From NCBI GenBank assembly GCA_025611195.1, contig GCA_025611195.1_4718.1: 64,000 nt of DNA. The stretch is one strand, 5' to 3'. The notes under the pieces were generated by a model. That model did not search any database. It was not told the origin of the DNA and worked only from the letters and a program-made list of their open reading frames with translations. This document shows positions 1-9,014 of the stretch, piece by piece. This stretch comes from a phage. Both the position numbers and the translations under genes were made by a program. Position 1 is the stretch's first letter. Each line of letters starts with the position of its first letter.

Positions 1-472
1 GTCCTGAAGTTAACTCAACAAGTAATTGACCAACCCATACTTGGTTACCAGGTTTAGGTGTTATCGCAACATGTATCGGTGATTTGGATTTATCCAGATC
101 CGCGTCGACAATCTCGGTTTTATTGAGAAGGATACCGTACGTTGATGCTAAGACAGGTAATATCTCAGAGACCTTGGTCAGCGCGTCTAAGGTTTCGATC
201 TCGATGGGCCAGCGGTGCTGGCCACCAGACCAAATACCCAGTTTACCAAGATCAACGCGGTTATAATAGATGTCGACAGAGTTCACCAGCCCTGAACCTG
301 GTTGGGGATGCACAGTTAACTTGCTGTTACGCTTGTACCCTGTGCTTTCAGAAGCCTCACCGATAACCAGTTTATCCAGCGTTACGCCTCGAGCATCGAA
401 ATCGCTATGCTTTCGAATCAGCCGAAAGAGGATTTCTTTCGATTCTAACCCTAGGATTTCACTGTACTCCAT
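1..472 (-). CDS. hypothetical protein, N-terminal part only (gene runs past window start)
   Basis: Minus-strand ATG at 470-472 preceded by AAGGGG SD; hand translation MEYSEILGLESKEILFRLIRKHSDFDARGVTLDK... stays open to position 1. Track plus-strand ORFs 84-476 are antisense to it. Confidence 0.5.
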   Translation of the reverse strand, partial: MEYSEILGLESKEILFRLIRKHSDFDARGVTLDKLVIGEASESTGYKRNSKLTVHPQPGSGLVNSVDIYYNRVDLGKLGIWSGGQHRWPIEIETLDALTKVSEILPVLASTYGILLNKTEIVDADLDKSKSPIHVAITPKPGNQVWVGQLLVELTSG

Positions 473-487
473 TTAACACCCCTTAGG

Positions 488-1372
488 TTACGGTAGGATT
501 TCTGCGCCTGTCGGGCCTGCCTTACGAGCTTCCAACGCACCAAGGTCGTATTTCAACGTCAGCGTATCGTTGGTGGTAAATAGGTTGTGGTAAGTCGAAA
601 TCAGATCGGTAACCTGTGCGCCTACGATTTCGTTCATGTCGAAGGTAGAACCTTGACCATCTTCAGCACGAACGATTTTGTCACCAGCAGAGACCATCCC
701 AATTTCAGAAATAACCGCGTACTCTTCACCACCTTCGGTGAGTTTAGCCACATTGAGATATTCGTTAATATCCCATGGTGTCCAGACCAAAGAGACCTTA
801 CAGCTATAATCGTAGTACTCTCCGGTCGCCACCAGAATTCCTGTTGTTGGAATATCCGGTCGGGGCGGGTTGAGGTTCTTGTCGGTTGGATGCCATTCGA
901 TGGTCTGAGCAACACCATCGATGTACTTGGTATACCGCATGGAGCGGACAACGTTATCGAAATCGATACGACGACCGTAATAACAGATGTACTTTTTACC
1001 GTTTTCCAGCGTCTCAATACGACGTAACCCAAATTTAGCGCGTTCGTCTGTGGTCAAATCGTTACCAACTTCACGCATCACGAAAGGTTTGATTTTCCAT
1101 GGTGAAAGATCGCTTGCTTCGTGAGCGATCGGCATCGAGGAAGGGATGCCGTTAGCGTTGCGGATGAATTCGTGACCTTGGTTGCCGATACAGAAGTAAC
1201 GTACAGCAGGATTACCCTCGGGGTAAATCTTTGATTGAATCTGAAGCTTTTCGTTCAAGGTGCTGTGTTCTTCCCACGCATGAGGAAGACCGAGCGTAAG
1301 GTTCGTTTGTACTTGACCGCCGATAATCGTACGGACGATACGATCGGTAGCACGGATTTGTGTAGAAGCCAT
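488..1372 (-). CDS. hypothetical protein (294 aa)
   Basis: Long ORF, ATG start at 1370-1372, tight spacing with neighbours; no recognisable catalytic motif. Confidence 0.75.
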   Translation of the reverse strand: MASTQIRATDRIVRTIIGGQVQTNLTLGLPHAWEEHSTLNEKLQIQSKIYPEGNPAVRYFCIGNQGHEFIRNANGIPSSMPIAHEASDLSPWKIKPFVMREVGNDLTTDERAKFGLRRIETLENGKKYICYYGRRIDFDNVVRSMRYTKYIDGVAQTIEWHPTDKNLNPPRPDIPTTGILVATGEYYDYSCKVSLVWTPWDINEYLNVAKLTEGGEEYAVISEIGMVSAGDKIVRAEDGQGSTFDMNEIVGAQVTDLISTYHNLFTTNDTLTLKYDLGALEARKAGPTGAEILP

Positions 1373-1388
1373 GTCTTTTCCTATTTAA

Positions 1389-2240
1389 TCAGTTATATTG
1401 CATCAACAGGATACCGCCGTAGTTCGTGCAGTAATCTTGGCTAAGCGTAACGATAACAGCGTTAGCGAACGCAGGGTTAACAGGATAACCCTGTGCGATA
1501 AGTTCTGTTGTTTTACCGGTTGCGAGTACGGTAGCCCCGTAAAGGTTGTTTTCGTCTTCACGGCCGTTATAAACCCATGGGGTTGGTGCAACGTTGTTGA
1601 ATAAGCTGACCATTGCGCTTAGGTTACCACCAACCTTTAACCCGGCAAGATCGGAACGGATTGCCGTGCAGTCTATAGCGTAACTGTAGACCAATGCCTG
1701 GATACGATTTGCGGTGTAGTACGGGAAATTGAGACCGGTCATCACCGAAGTCTTCATCATCCCCGCAATATCGTGGGCACTATCGAGGAGGTAGAATGTA
1801 ACACTTCCCGTCCAAGCCAATCCGGTGTTTTTCAATTCTACGACATGAGGGAATGGGTATTCATCACCTCGTACAATCGGAGAATCGACGCAGCTATCCT
1901 GATCGATAACGATTCCGTACGTCGATTGGATCAGAGGGATAAGATCGTGCGTTGTTTTAACCCCGGCGTCGATAGCAAGCTTCGGTTCCATTCCCAAGAA
2001 GAAGTCTTGGATAGGGATACGATCGTACCACACGTAGCTGCTTTCACGGTATTGTGCTGGCGTTACTGTTGCCGAAGGCGATACCTTAGCGCGGGTGTTC
2101 CGTTTATACGCGTGGTTTCCGTTTTCAGCAGCATCCGTGATCTCAAGCGCATCGAAGTTAAAGTCGAAGTCAGGATTGGCTGCCTGAATAAGTTCGGCGA
2201 CCAGTACTTTAGGACTTTTGTTTAACAATTTCTGACTCAT
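1389..2240 (-). CDS. hypothetical protein, paralog of 2251-3198 (possibly structural)
   Basis: AAGGAA SD before ATG at 2240; shares LAWTGSV core and C-terminal DYCTNYGG-type motif with the upstream gene. Confidence 0.75.
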   Translation of the reverse strand: MSQKLLNKSPKVLVAELIQAANPDFDFNFDALEITDAAENGNHAYKRNTRAKVSPSATVTPAQYRESSYVWYDRIPIQDFFLGMEPKLAIDAGVKTTHDLIPLIQSTYGIVIDQDSCVDSPIVRGDEYPFPHVVELKNTGLAWTGSVTFYLLDSAHDIAGMMKTSVMTGLNFPYYTANRIQALVYSYAIDCTAIRSDLAGLKVGGNLSAMVSLFNNVAPTPWVYNGREDENNLYGATVLATGKTTELIAQGYPVNPAFANAVIVTLSQDYCTNYGGILLMQYN

Positions 2241-2250
2241 TGTTTATTCC

Positions 2251-3198
2251 TTAGCCTTGTTCTTCTGGAGAACGACCCTGGAGGCTTGCGGTATGTCCGT
2301 CGACGTTGTAATAGAAAATCAATGGACCGCCGACAGCAGTACAGTAGTTTTCATCCAGACTGATCTCGATACCGTATTGGTAACCCGCTCGTGCTGGAAT
2401 ACGTCCGCCTAACTCGCCGTTGAAAGCCACTTTAGCGTTATACAGGTTATACGGTGCGATGTTGTCGTCTAATACCCAACGGTCGGCGGTCATTTCAGCC
2501 AGAAGATCGGCGACCACCACATCGCTAATGACTGTACCTGTTACCAGCGAAGCCAGCTGCTCACCGTAATCGGAAGTATTGCGACTGTAACTGTAGATCT
2601 CACCGCTAGCGCGTACGCCCTGTCCGAAGAACTTAAGACCATCAAGCTCTTTGATTGCGATAATATCATCAAGATTCGGTACACGCGATTTCATCAAGAT
2701 ACGAACACTTCCCGTCCAAGCCAGGCAACTAGATACGACACGGAGCAATTGTCCGTTAACGGTATCCCAGTTAAGTTCGTCGTTGACAATTTCTTCTGCG
2801 GTAAGGCCGAGACCGAAACGTTCTTTGATGATAGGCCAGATATCACGCATCTTGGTGGCATCTGGCGCATCGATAAGAATAGGTGCTACGTTACGTAGAT
2901 ACGCACCGATGTTAATACGATCGTAATACAGCGTCGTCGAACCTTCATAATCGTCTAACTCGGTAAGCTTAGCGGTTGCTGTTGCCGTAATCTGGGTATC
3001 ACGCTCGTAGGCGCTTTGGTTGGTGGTTGGTGTCCCTAAAACCAATAATTCAGGGGTTAGAACATGTTCTCCGTTCTGAGGTGGGTTATCGTGGTTGATA
3101 AGACCATACACGAGATCGGATGAGGGTAAAGAGACGTCGACCGGGTAAAGTTCGGTGTCGTCAATAGTTGTTACCGTATCACTCACGGTGACCTCCAC
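2251..3198 (-). CDS. hypothetical protein, paralog of 1389-2240
   Basis: Track start is GTG at 3198; GGAGG then GTG at 3186 is an alternative start. Shares LAWTGSV and C-terminal ENYCTAVGG motif with 1389-2240. Confidence 0.7.
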   Translation of the reverse strand: MEVTVSDTVTTIDDTELYPVDVSLPSSDLVYGLINHDNPPQNGEHVLTPELLVLGTPTTNQSAYERDTQITATATAKLTELDDYEGSTTLYYDRINIGAYLRNVAPILIDAPDATKMRDIWPIIKERFGLGLTAEEIVNDELNWDTVNGQLLRVVSSCLAWTGSVRILMKSRVPNLDDIIAIKELDGLKFFGQGVRASGEIYSYSRNTSDYGEQLASLVTGTVISDVVVADLLAEMTADRWVLDDNIAPYNLYNAKVAFNGELGGRIPARAGYQYGIEISLDENYCTAVGGPLIFYYNVDGHTASLQGRSPEEQG

Positions 3199-3245
3199 GC
3201 CAGGAATTAATTAAAAAAGACTTTACGATTTGCTGCACTATCACG

Positions 3246-5657
3246 TTAAGCGTCCTCGATAGGCAAAGGTTTAACAATCAAACGATTGAGCGGATTCGAT
3301 AGACGCATACTGATAGGCTTATACGCAACATGATTCGTCTCACTTAGAACCGCTGACCTGAAACGACCATTCACCTGTTTGTAGATTGGTTCTATCCAAA
3401 GACCTCGAAGGTCATGTTTGCGGAAACGCTGTTCGAACGGTTTGATCGGGTTTATAGTCAGCCCATGCAACGACTCCGACAGTAAACGCTCACGAAGATC
3501 GCGTGGTGCCCGACCTGGGAACGGCGCAAGCCACAAACCATCGAGTGGGTTTTTACGGAAACGTAACGAGATAGGATCACTGACGACTTGTGCCCAATAT
3601 TGCGTACTGAATCGAACGGTTTGAGTATTCTCGTAACCGCTACAATCGCACCAGGTTGGTTTCGGAGGCGCTTCCAAACTTTCAACCGCTGATTCACGCC
3701 AGTTCGTCATCGGGTTGTTATCATGTACGAATTTGATAACTTCCGTAGCCTGGTTATCCGTATCGTGAACGTTTGCTTGCGCCCAGTCTTCCCACAGTTC
3801 TTCACTACCGCGTACTAAACTCGAACCAAGACGAACGGCGATTTTGTTTAGCGGCTTGATTGGATCGCTGTTGATTGTCTGGATAAAATGGATGGTGTAA
3901 CTGCTCAATGTCTTAAGCAGCTGCAGCATTCCGTATTGAATATCCTTAAGACTGGTGACATCTTCCAAATCTTGACCGGTGGCCTTTGTGAAGATATCGA
4001 GAGCTAGGATTCCCGCCTCTTCTTGACTGATTGCGTCAAGCTCCCAATCCATCGCTAAGAACCATTCCTTGTAAAGCTGACCGATACCGAAGTCGACACC
4101 AACATCCATGTAGAAATTTTCAACGATCGCTTCAGCCATGCCTCGAGCTTGATAATGTTCTTGGAGCTGGTACATGAACTGATGACGACGCCAGCCTTGG
4201 TAAATCTCGGTAACGACGTTGAGAAACTCTTCAGTACTGACGACCGCACGCAGCGTCACTTGCTTATCCAAACACCACCAGATCAGTTTATCGGGAATGA
4301 TAGCAGGATCGGTAATGCTGCGGAGATGGTCGAATGTCGGTAGCGTCAATACCCGGACATGGTTAGCATGTATCTTAGGTACTTCAATCAGCGTCATGCC
4401 CATCGAATAGTTAAGCAAGTACAAGAACAGCTTGTATGCATCTTTCATCGACATCGTCATGGTATCACCCGTCACCGGGTTGGTTGTCGTTAACCGTGAC
4501 TGATACATGCCTATTGCGCTAAGATGGATCCATTCATTCAGTAGGAAATCATACTTAGGATACAATTCACTGTCTGTAAGGTCTTCCGCTTCACTTTCCA
4601 ACACCTTGGTCGTTAAGGTGTTGTTGTCGTGCATCGACATCTTCTCTATTGTGCGGTTAAGCTCGGTATAATACTCTGCTTCGTTATCCCGCGCTAAAGG
4701 GAACTGTTGCTGCATCACGGTGGTGACCTTACGTCTTACCGTACCGTTGCCGACGATCTCTTGAAGGTTAAGCGGTTTACGCTCCATGTAAACTGTAGGT
4801 TTTAACGTCTGAGGTATCTCGGAAGCGTCTTGTTTGATCGAGAACGCACCGATTGGAATTCCACGTTCGGTTAATACCTTTTGAATGAGCTTATCGTAGT
4901 TTTCCGTTCTGCCCATGTTTCTTTCAACGTAAGCGATGTTACGATAGAACCAGAGCATTTGGGATTCGGTCATGTATCGCTCGAAACGATCGAGACCTTG
5001 ATGGCTTGCCAGATAACTCCAGATATGGAAGCTATGGGCATAATGGGTATGACAGTTTTCCCAACGAATACCTTTTATCATCTCAGGTATTTGTGTGAAT
5101 AGGATGGCGTATAACGCAGGCCAATGAAGCATATCGACGCTTTCATACGCCGGATGTTCCCAACGTCTAAAGTAGTCGTCGATTTCCTGCTGTAACCGTG
5201 GAATAAGGTTGGCCTCGCGCGATTCAACCTCTCGTGTATCGTACCAGAGAATCTCATGATTGCGTGCCGCAATTGCTTTCTCGATATCGATGGGGTTAAG
5301 GATACCCAAGATCAACATACGTTGTTCCGGGTACCGCGCAATTAAACGATTGAAATAATCTCCACCATACGCGTACTCCCTTGCCGTCATGCGGTGCCGT
5401 AACATGTTTTCCTTGGTGAACTCGATCTCTTCGAGCGTATCCAGGGAATTTACGGTCATCATTGTCTGACAAGGATGATACTCGCCAGCGAGATTCATGT
5501 AGTATAACCACGTGCGTGGGTCGTCCCCGACGGCCATCTGGTAGACTTCGGAAACCTTGAGGTTTAACCGTTCTGCCGTGATGTCGCTTTTAATAATCAG
5601 GGTGTCCGTTAGACGCTGCACGCTTTCCGAATAAAGCTGATAGTCAGTGTTGGACAC
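3246..5657 (-). CDS. hypothetical large protein with C-terminal RFRK-x-L-x-GLW internal repeat
   Basis: Track ORF 3246-5726 starts at TTG; in-frame GTG at 5657 follows GGAGGA SD. C-terminus has two copies of RFRK(N/H)xLxGLW(L/I)xP. Confidence 0.7.
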   Translation of the reverse strand: MSNTDYQLYSESVQRLTDTLIIKSDITAERLNLKVSEVYQMAVGDDPRTWLYYMNLAGEYHPCQTMMTVNSLDTLEEIEFTKENMLRHRMTAREYAYGGDYFNRLIARYPEQRMLILGILNPIDIEKAIAARNHEILWYDTREVESREANLIPRLQQEIDDYFRRWEHPAYESVDMLHWPALYAILFTQIPEMIKGIRWENCHTHYAHSFHIWSYLASHQGLDRFERYMTESQMLWFYRNIAYVERNMGRTENYDKLIQKVLTERGIPIGAFSIKQDASEIPQTLKPTVYMERKPLNLQEIVGNGTVRRKVTTVMQQQFPLARDNEAEYYTELNRTIEKMSMHDNNTLTTKVLESEAEDLTDSELYPKYDFLLNEWIHLSAIGMYQSRLTTTNPVTGDTMTMSMKDAYKLFLYLLNYSMGMTLIEVPKIHANHVRVLTLPTFDHLRSITDPAIIPDKLIWWCLDKQVTLRAVVSTEEFLNVVTEIYQGWRRHQFMYQLQEHYQARGMAEAIVENFYMDVGVDFGIGQLYKEWFLAMDWELDAISQEEAGILALDIFTKATGQDLEDVTSLKDIQYGMLQLLKTLSSYTIHFIQTINSDPIKPLNKIAVRLGSSLVRGSEELWEDWAQANVHDTDNQATEVIKFVHDNNPMTNWRESAVESLEAPPKPTWCDCSGYENTQTVRFSTQYWAQVVSDPISLRFRKNPLDGLWLAPFPGRAPRDLRERLLSESLHGLTINPIKPFEQRFRKHDLRGLWIEPIYKQVNGRFRSAVLSETNHVAYKPISMRLSNPLNRLIVKPLPIEDA

Positions 5658-5684
5658 GATCGGTCCTCCAAGGAGCCAGTGTAA

Positions 5685-8591
5685 ATGAACGATATAAATA
5701 AAGGGCGCGTCGCCCTCGAACGTCAAATGAGCAATAATGACGTTGCGAAGGCACTCATGAACAAATTTGTCGCTCCTGCTCCGCAGTCACGTCTTTATAA
5801 TACACGTGATGCGGAAGGAGCGAGCGGTCGTTTCGGGTTAGTTGTTCCCGACCAAATGACGATGAACACGGTTACGCGTGCGACCGCGACAAACATCGAG
5901 GATAATAAAAACATTCTCGAGCTGTTCCCTGAACTTAAACGCGTGATGCAGATCTACGTTGCCGCGTTGACGAACCCTAACGATCTTAAGACGGTCGAGA
6001 TGTTTATCGATAGCGAAGATTTCCCCGGTAGGGTCGCAGAAATCGTTCAGCCGATGATCGATACCATCGACACGCATTTTAAGAATATCTATAAAATAAA
6101 GACGCTTATCCCTCGTATCATCGAAGACGTCTTCTTTATCAAGGGCAGTTATAACTTCGTTGTTCTGCCAGAAAGCACGCTCGACCGCGCTATTAACGGT
6201 AACGGTCAACTGAAACTTGAAGAATACGGATTTAGAGACAACCACTTTGCAAGTTGGGGGCTTTTAGGTAACGATAGTCGCAAACGTCACGAAAATCAAT
6301 TACCTTCGACGGTTTCGATGGAAGATTATTTCTCAGGCGTTAATGAAACCATACCGTACGATCCCGTTGTCCGTATAGACAGCATTAAGTTTACCAATAC
6401 CCTGCTTCGTGATAAGGACGGTAAATTCATTGAAGCGAAGATCGATATTCCGGATATGGTTACGGTTGTCGATAACCCGGATATCCTCCGTATGCCTATT
6501 TTGCATCAGCGTCGAGCAGCGACAGCGGTGCAGCGTGCGTTACGCGCGAACACATTAGGAGGTAGTGGTTTGGTAACGCTGTCGGGTGATCCAACCCAAA
6601 CCGCTAACCGACGCGAGCTAACGCAAGAGCAGGTTAACGAGATTTGGAATAAACTCAACATCCAACGCCACACTAAGGTATCTCCCGTTTACGCGTTGGC
6701 AACCCCAGATACACTCGATCGTCAAAGTGTTGGTCACCCCGGCGTGATGCATGTACCGCCTGAGGCATTAGAACCAGTACATGCGCCAGGTGATCCGGAG
6801 AACCATATCGGGTATTTAGTTCAGTTGGATGAGTTTGGTTATCCGGTGCGTTTGGTTGAAGATGCGGCGTATTACAAACAGTTGGAAGGTCGGTTGTCGA
6901 AGATCACCGCGGATATCGCAGGTACTTCAAGCAACGGCATGGCGAGCGAGATGATCGGCGCGGCCAAGAACATGGTCCAAGGTACGTCATGTAATCAAGT
7001 AGACATGTCGGCCTTCGTATCGTCGTACGAATCATTGATGCAGCGCTACATTGTTGAACGTATCGTCAACGGTTATCTTGGTAGTGCGGTGGAGATCGGT
7101 GCGACATCATCGTTTTACCTATCGATGCTTGCTCGCAGTCTCGCCCACAAGCAGACTCGTGTTTTGTTTATTCCTCGTGAGATGGTGACATACATCGCTT
7201 ATGAATACAACAAATACGGTATCGGTCGTTCACTGCTTGAAAGTACGAAGATGATCTCGTCGCAACGAGCCATGCTCATGGTTCAAGAACTGATGGCGAA
7301 AATCAAAAGTTCGTTGAACTATACGACGCTAAGCGTAATGCTTGAAGACACCGACAGAAACCCGGTCGATACCGTCGAACAGGCATTACATAGTTTCGCT
7401 CGCGTCTACCAGTCTGGTTTCCCGTTGGGTGAAACTAACCCAATGGATATCATCAACGCGTACGAACGAAGCTCGATTCGATTGAAGGTTGAGGGGAATA
7501 ACCCACGCTTCCCGAAATTGAATACAGATGTCAGCGTTGAGCAGCGTAACTATCAGTCTCCTGATAACGAATTGATGGATCGTTACCGCCGTGACCATTT
7601 CATGGGTTTGGGAGTTTCTCCAGAGATTATCGATACTTCCTACCAATCTGAATTCGCGGCTTCTGTGATTACCGCCAACGCGATGCAAGAGAAGCAGTTC
7701 ACGGTTTGTCGTGAGGTTATCACGAACGGCTTAACTGATCACATCAAGAAGTACACGGCTTACAGTCCTGTATTGTTGACGTCGCTACGAAACACGGTTC
7801 GTGCGAACATGTCTAAGCTCTCCCAAGCACAATTGAAACAGCTTTTTGGTAGCGATTTCGAAAACGGCGTTATTCGTAACGTTAATGCTTATCAGGAGAT
7901 CGACGACCAGTCAGCAACAATGGACCTGGATTATTCTAAACCGGAAGTTCAGGAAGTTATTGCCGATGCTTATGTATCCATGTTCTTAAACAGTCTGCAG
8001 GTGCGTTTACCGAACAGCAATGCTCGCCGCCTTGAAGATCAGGTACGTGAATATAATCAGTACAAGGAAGCGATTACAGCGCAACTTGATGATTATTTAA
8101 CCCCTGATTACGTCATGGGTCTGGGTGGGGTTGATGAAACAACACTGCAGATGATCCGCGCATGCATTATTGGTACCGCGATGCGTACGTGGGCAAAAGA
8201 GAACAACTTCAATCAGGAGCTGGCTGATCTCTTCAGTCTTGACGATAAGAAGAATGCCGTGCAAGATTGGAAACGTGCATCCATGGAGCATATTGAAATC
8301 ATGGGTAAATGCATGGGTGATTTTGCATTGTATATTCAGAATCTGACGAAGAAGATTGAAGAGAAGATGGGGGATCAAGCACAGGACGGCAGCGTTTCAT
8401 CTGATGGTTCTTGGTCGTCTGATTCAAGTAGTGATACCGGTTCTTCTGATGACTTTGGTGGTGATGATTTCGGGGATACCGATTTCGATACCGAAACGAT
8501 GGAGGAAACCTCAACAGAGGAGACAACCACGTCTGAGGATACGACTACCGACACAACGTCAGAAGACGAGACTTCAGGTGATATTGTCTAA
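5685..8591 (+). CDS. hypothetical large protein (968 aa, portal-sized) with acidic Ser/Thr/Asp-rich C-terminal tail
   Basis: AAGGAG SD 10 nt before ATG 5685; last ~65 aa are S/D/T/E-rich low complexity. A portal role is a size- and context-based guess only. Confidence 0.8.
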   Translation: MNDINKGRVALERQMSNNDVAKALMNKFVAPAPQSRLYNTRDAEGASGRFGLVVPDQMTMNTVTRATATNIEDNKNILELFPELKRVMQIYVAALTNPNDLKTVEMFIDSEDFPGRVAEIVQPMIDTIDTHFKNIYKIKTLIPRIIEDVFFIKGSYNFVVLPESTLDRAINGNGQLKLEEYGFRDNHFASWGLLGNDSRKRHENQLPSTVSMEDYFSGVNETIPYDPVVRIDSIKFTNTLLRDKDGKFIEAKIDIPDMVTVVDNPDILRMPILHQRRAATAVQRALRANTLGGSGLVTLSGDPTQTANRRELTQEQVNEIWNKLNIQRHTKVSPVYALATPDTLDRQSVGHPGVMHVPPEALEPVHAPGDPENHIGYLVQLDEFGYPVRLVEDAAYYKQLEGRLSKITADIAGTSSNGMASEMIGAAKNMVQGTSCNQVDMSAFVSSYESLMQRYIVERIVNGYLGSAVEIGATSSFYLSMLARSLAHKQTRVLFIPREMVTYIAYEYNKYGIGRSLLESTKMISSQRAMLMVQELMAKIKSSLNYTTLSVMLEDTDRNPVDTVEQALHSFARVYQSGFPLGETNPMDIINAYERSSIRLKVEGNNPRFPKLNTDVSVEQRNYQSPDNELMDRYRRDHFMGLGVSPEIIDTSYQSEFAASVITANAMQEKQFTVCREVITNGLTDHIKKYTAYSPVLLTSLRNTVRANMSKLSQAQLKQLFGSDFENGVIRNVNAYQEIDDQSATMDLDYSKPEVQEVIADAYVSMFLNSLQVRLPNSNARRLEDQVREYNQYKEAITAQLDDYLTPDYVMGLGGVDETTLQMIRACIIGTAMRTWAKENNFNQELADLFSLDDKKNAVQDWKRASMEHIEIMGKCMGDFALYIQNLTKKIEEKMGDQAQDGSVSSDGSWSSDSSSDTGSSDDFGGDDFGDTDFDTETMEETSTEETTTSEDTTTDTTSEDETSGDIV

Positions 8592-8622
8592 ACGGATGTA
8601 AAAAAAAATAACACATAGTTAA

Positions 8623-8657
8623 CCTTCTCCCCAACCCGATGAGGGAAGGGGAGAAGG
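8623..8657. terminator. GC-rich palindromic hairpin between convergent genes
   Basis: ccttctcccc-aaccc-gatga-ggg-aa-ggggagaagg; A9 run just upstream (U-tract for minus-strand transcripts); TATG at 8660-8663. Confidence 0.55.
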
Positions 8658-8673
8658 GCTATGCGCTATTTAA

Positions 8674-8952
8674 TTATTTTCGAGAGGTTAACCACGATTC
8701 AATTGCGGTGAGGTTGCATTTCAGTTCACGCCAACTAGGGTGTGGTGGGATCACAGCACCTTTGTCGATTACGGTTAGCTGAACCTGGTACTTCTGTTGC
8801 ATACGCGCTACCGTATCGCTTACCGAGAGGAAAAGCTGGTAACGTTCGTACGCTGTCAGTTCGCGGTCCTGATAAACCGCGTAGGTGGCTAACGTAACTT
8901 CGCGTAAGTCCTTTGCGTCTACAGAGACGGTGATGAGTTTATATTGACTCAT
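8674..8952 (-). CDS. hypothetical small protein (92 aa)
   Basis: AAGGAAACC SD before ATG at 8952; flanked by hairpins 8623-8657 and 8972-8994. Confidence 0.6.
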   Translation of the reverse strand: MSQYKLITVSVDAKDLREVTLATYAVYQDRELTAYERYQLFLSVSDTVARMQQKYQVQLTVIDKGAVIPPHPSWRELKCNLTAIESWLTSRK

Positions 8953-8971
8953 ACGGTTTCCTTATCGACTA

Positions 8972-8994
8972 GGGTATTGCAAACTACAATACCC
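8972..8994. terminator. hairpin between 9015-11573 and 8674-8952
   Basis: gggtattg-caaacta-caataccc, 8-bp perfect stem. Confidence 0.4.
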
Positions 8995-9014
8995 GTCATC
9001 GGATGATAACTTAA

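Noticed and set aside
84-476. Plus-strand ORFs 84-266, 142-366, 270-476
   Set aside because: Antisense to an open minus-strand frame that starts at ATG 470-472 with a good SD and runs to the window edge.
5685-8591. Firm call of portal protein
   Set aside because: Only size and neighbourhood support it; no motif recognised, so it is kept as a hypothetical large protein.
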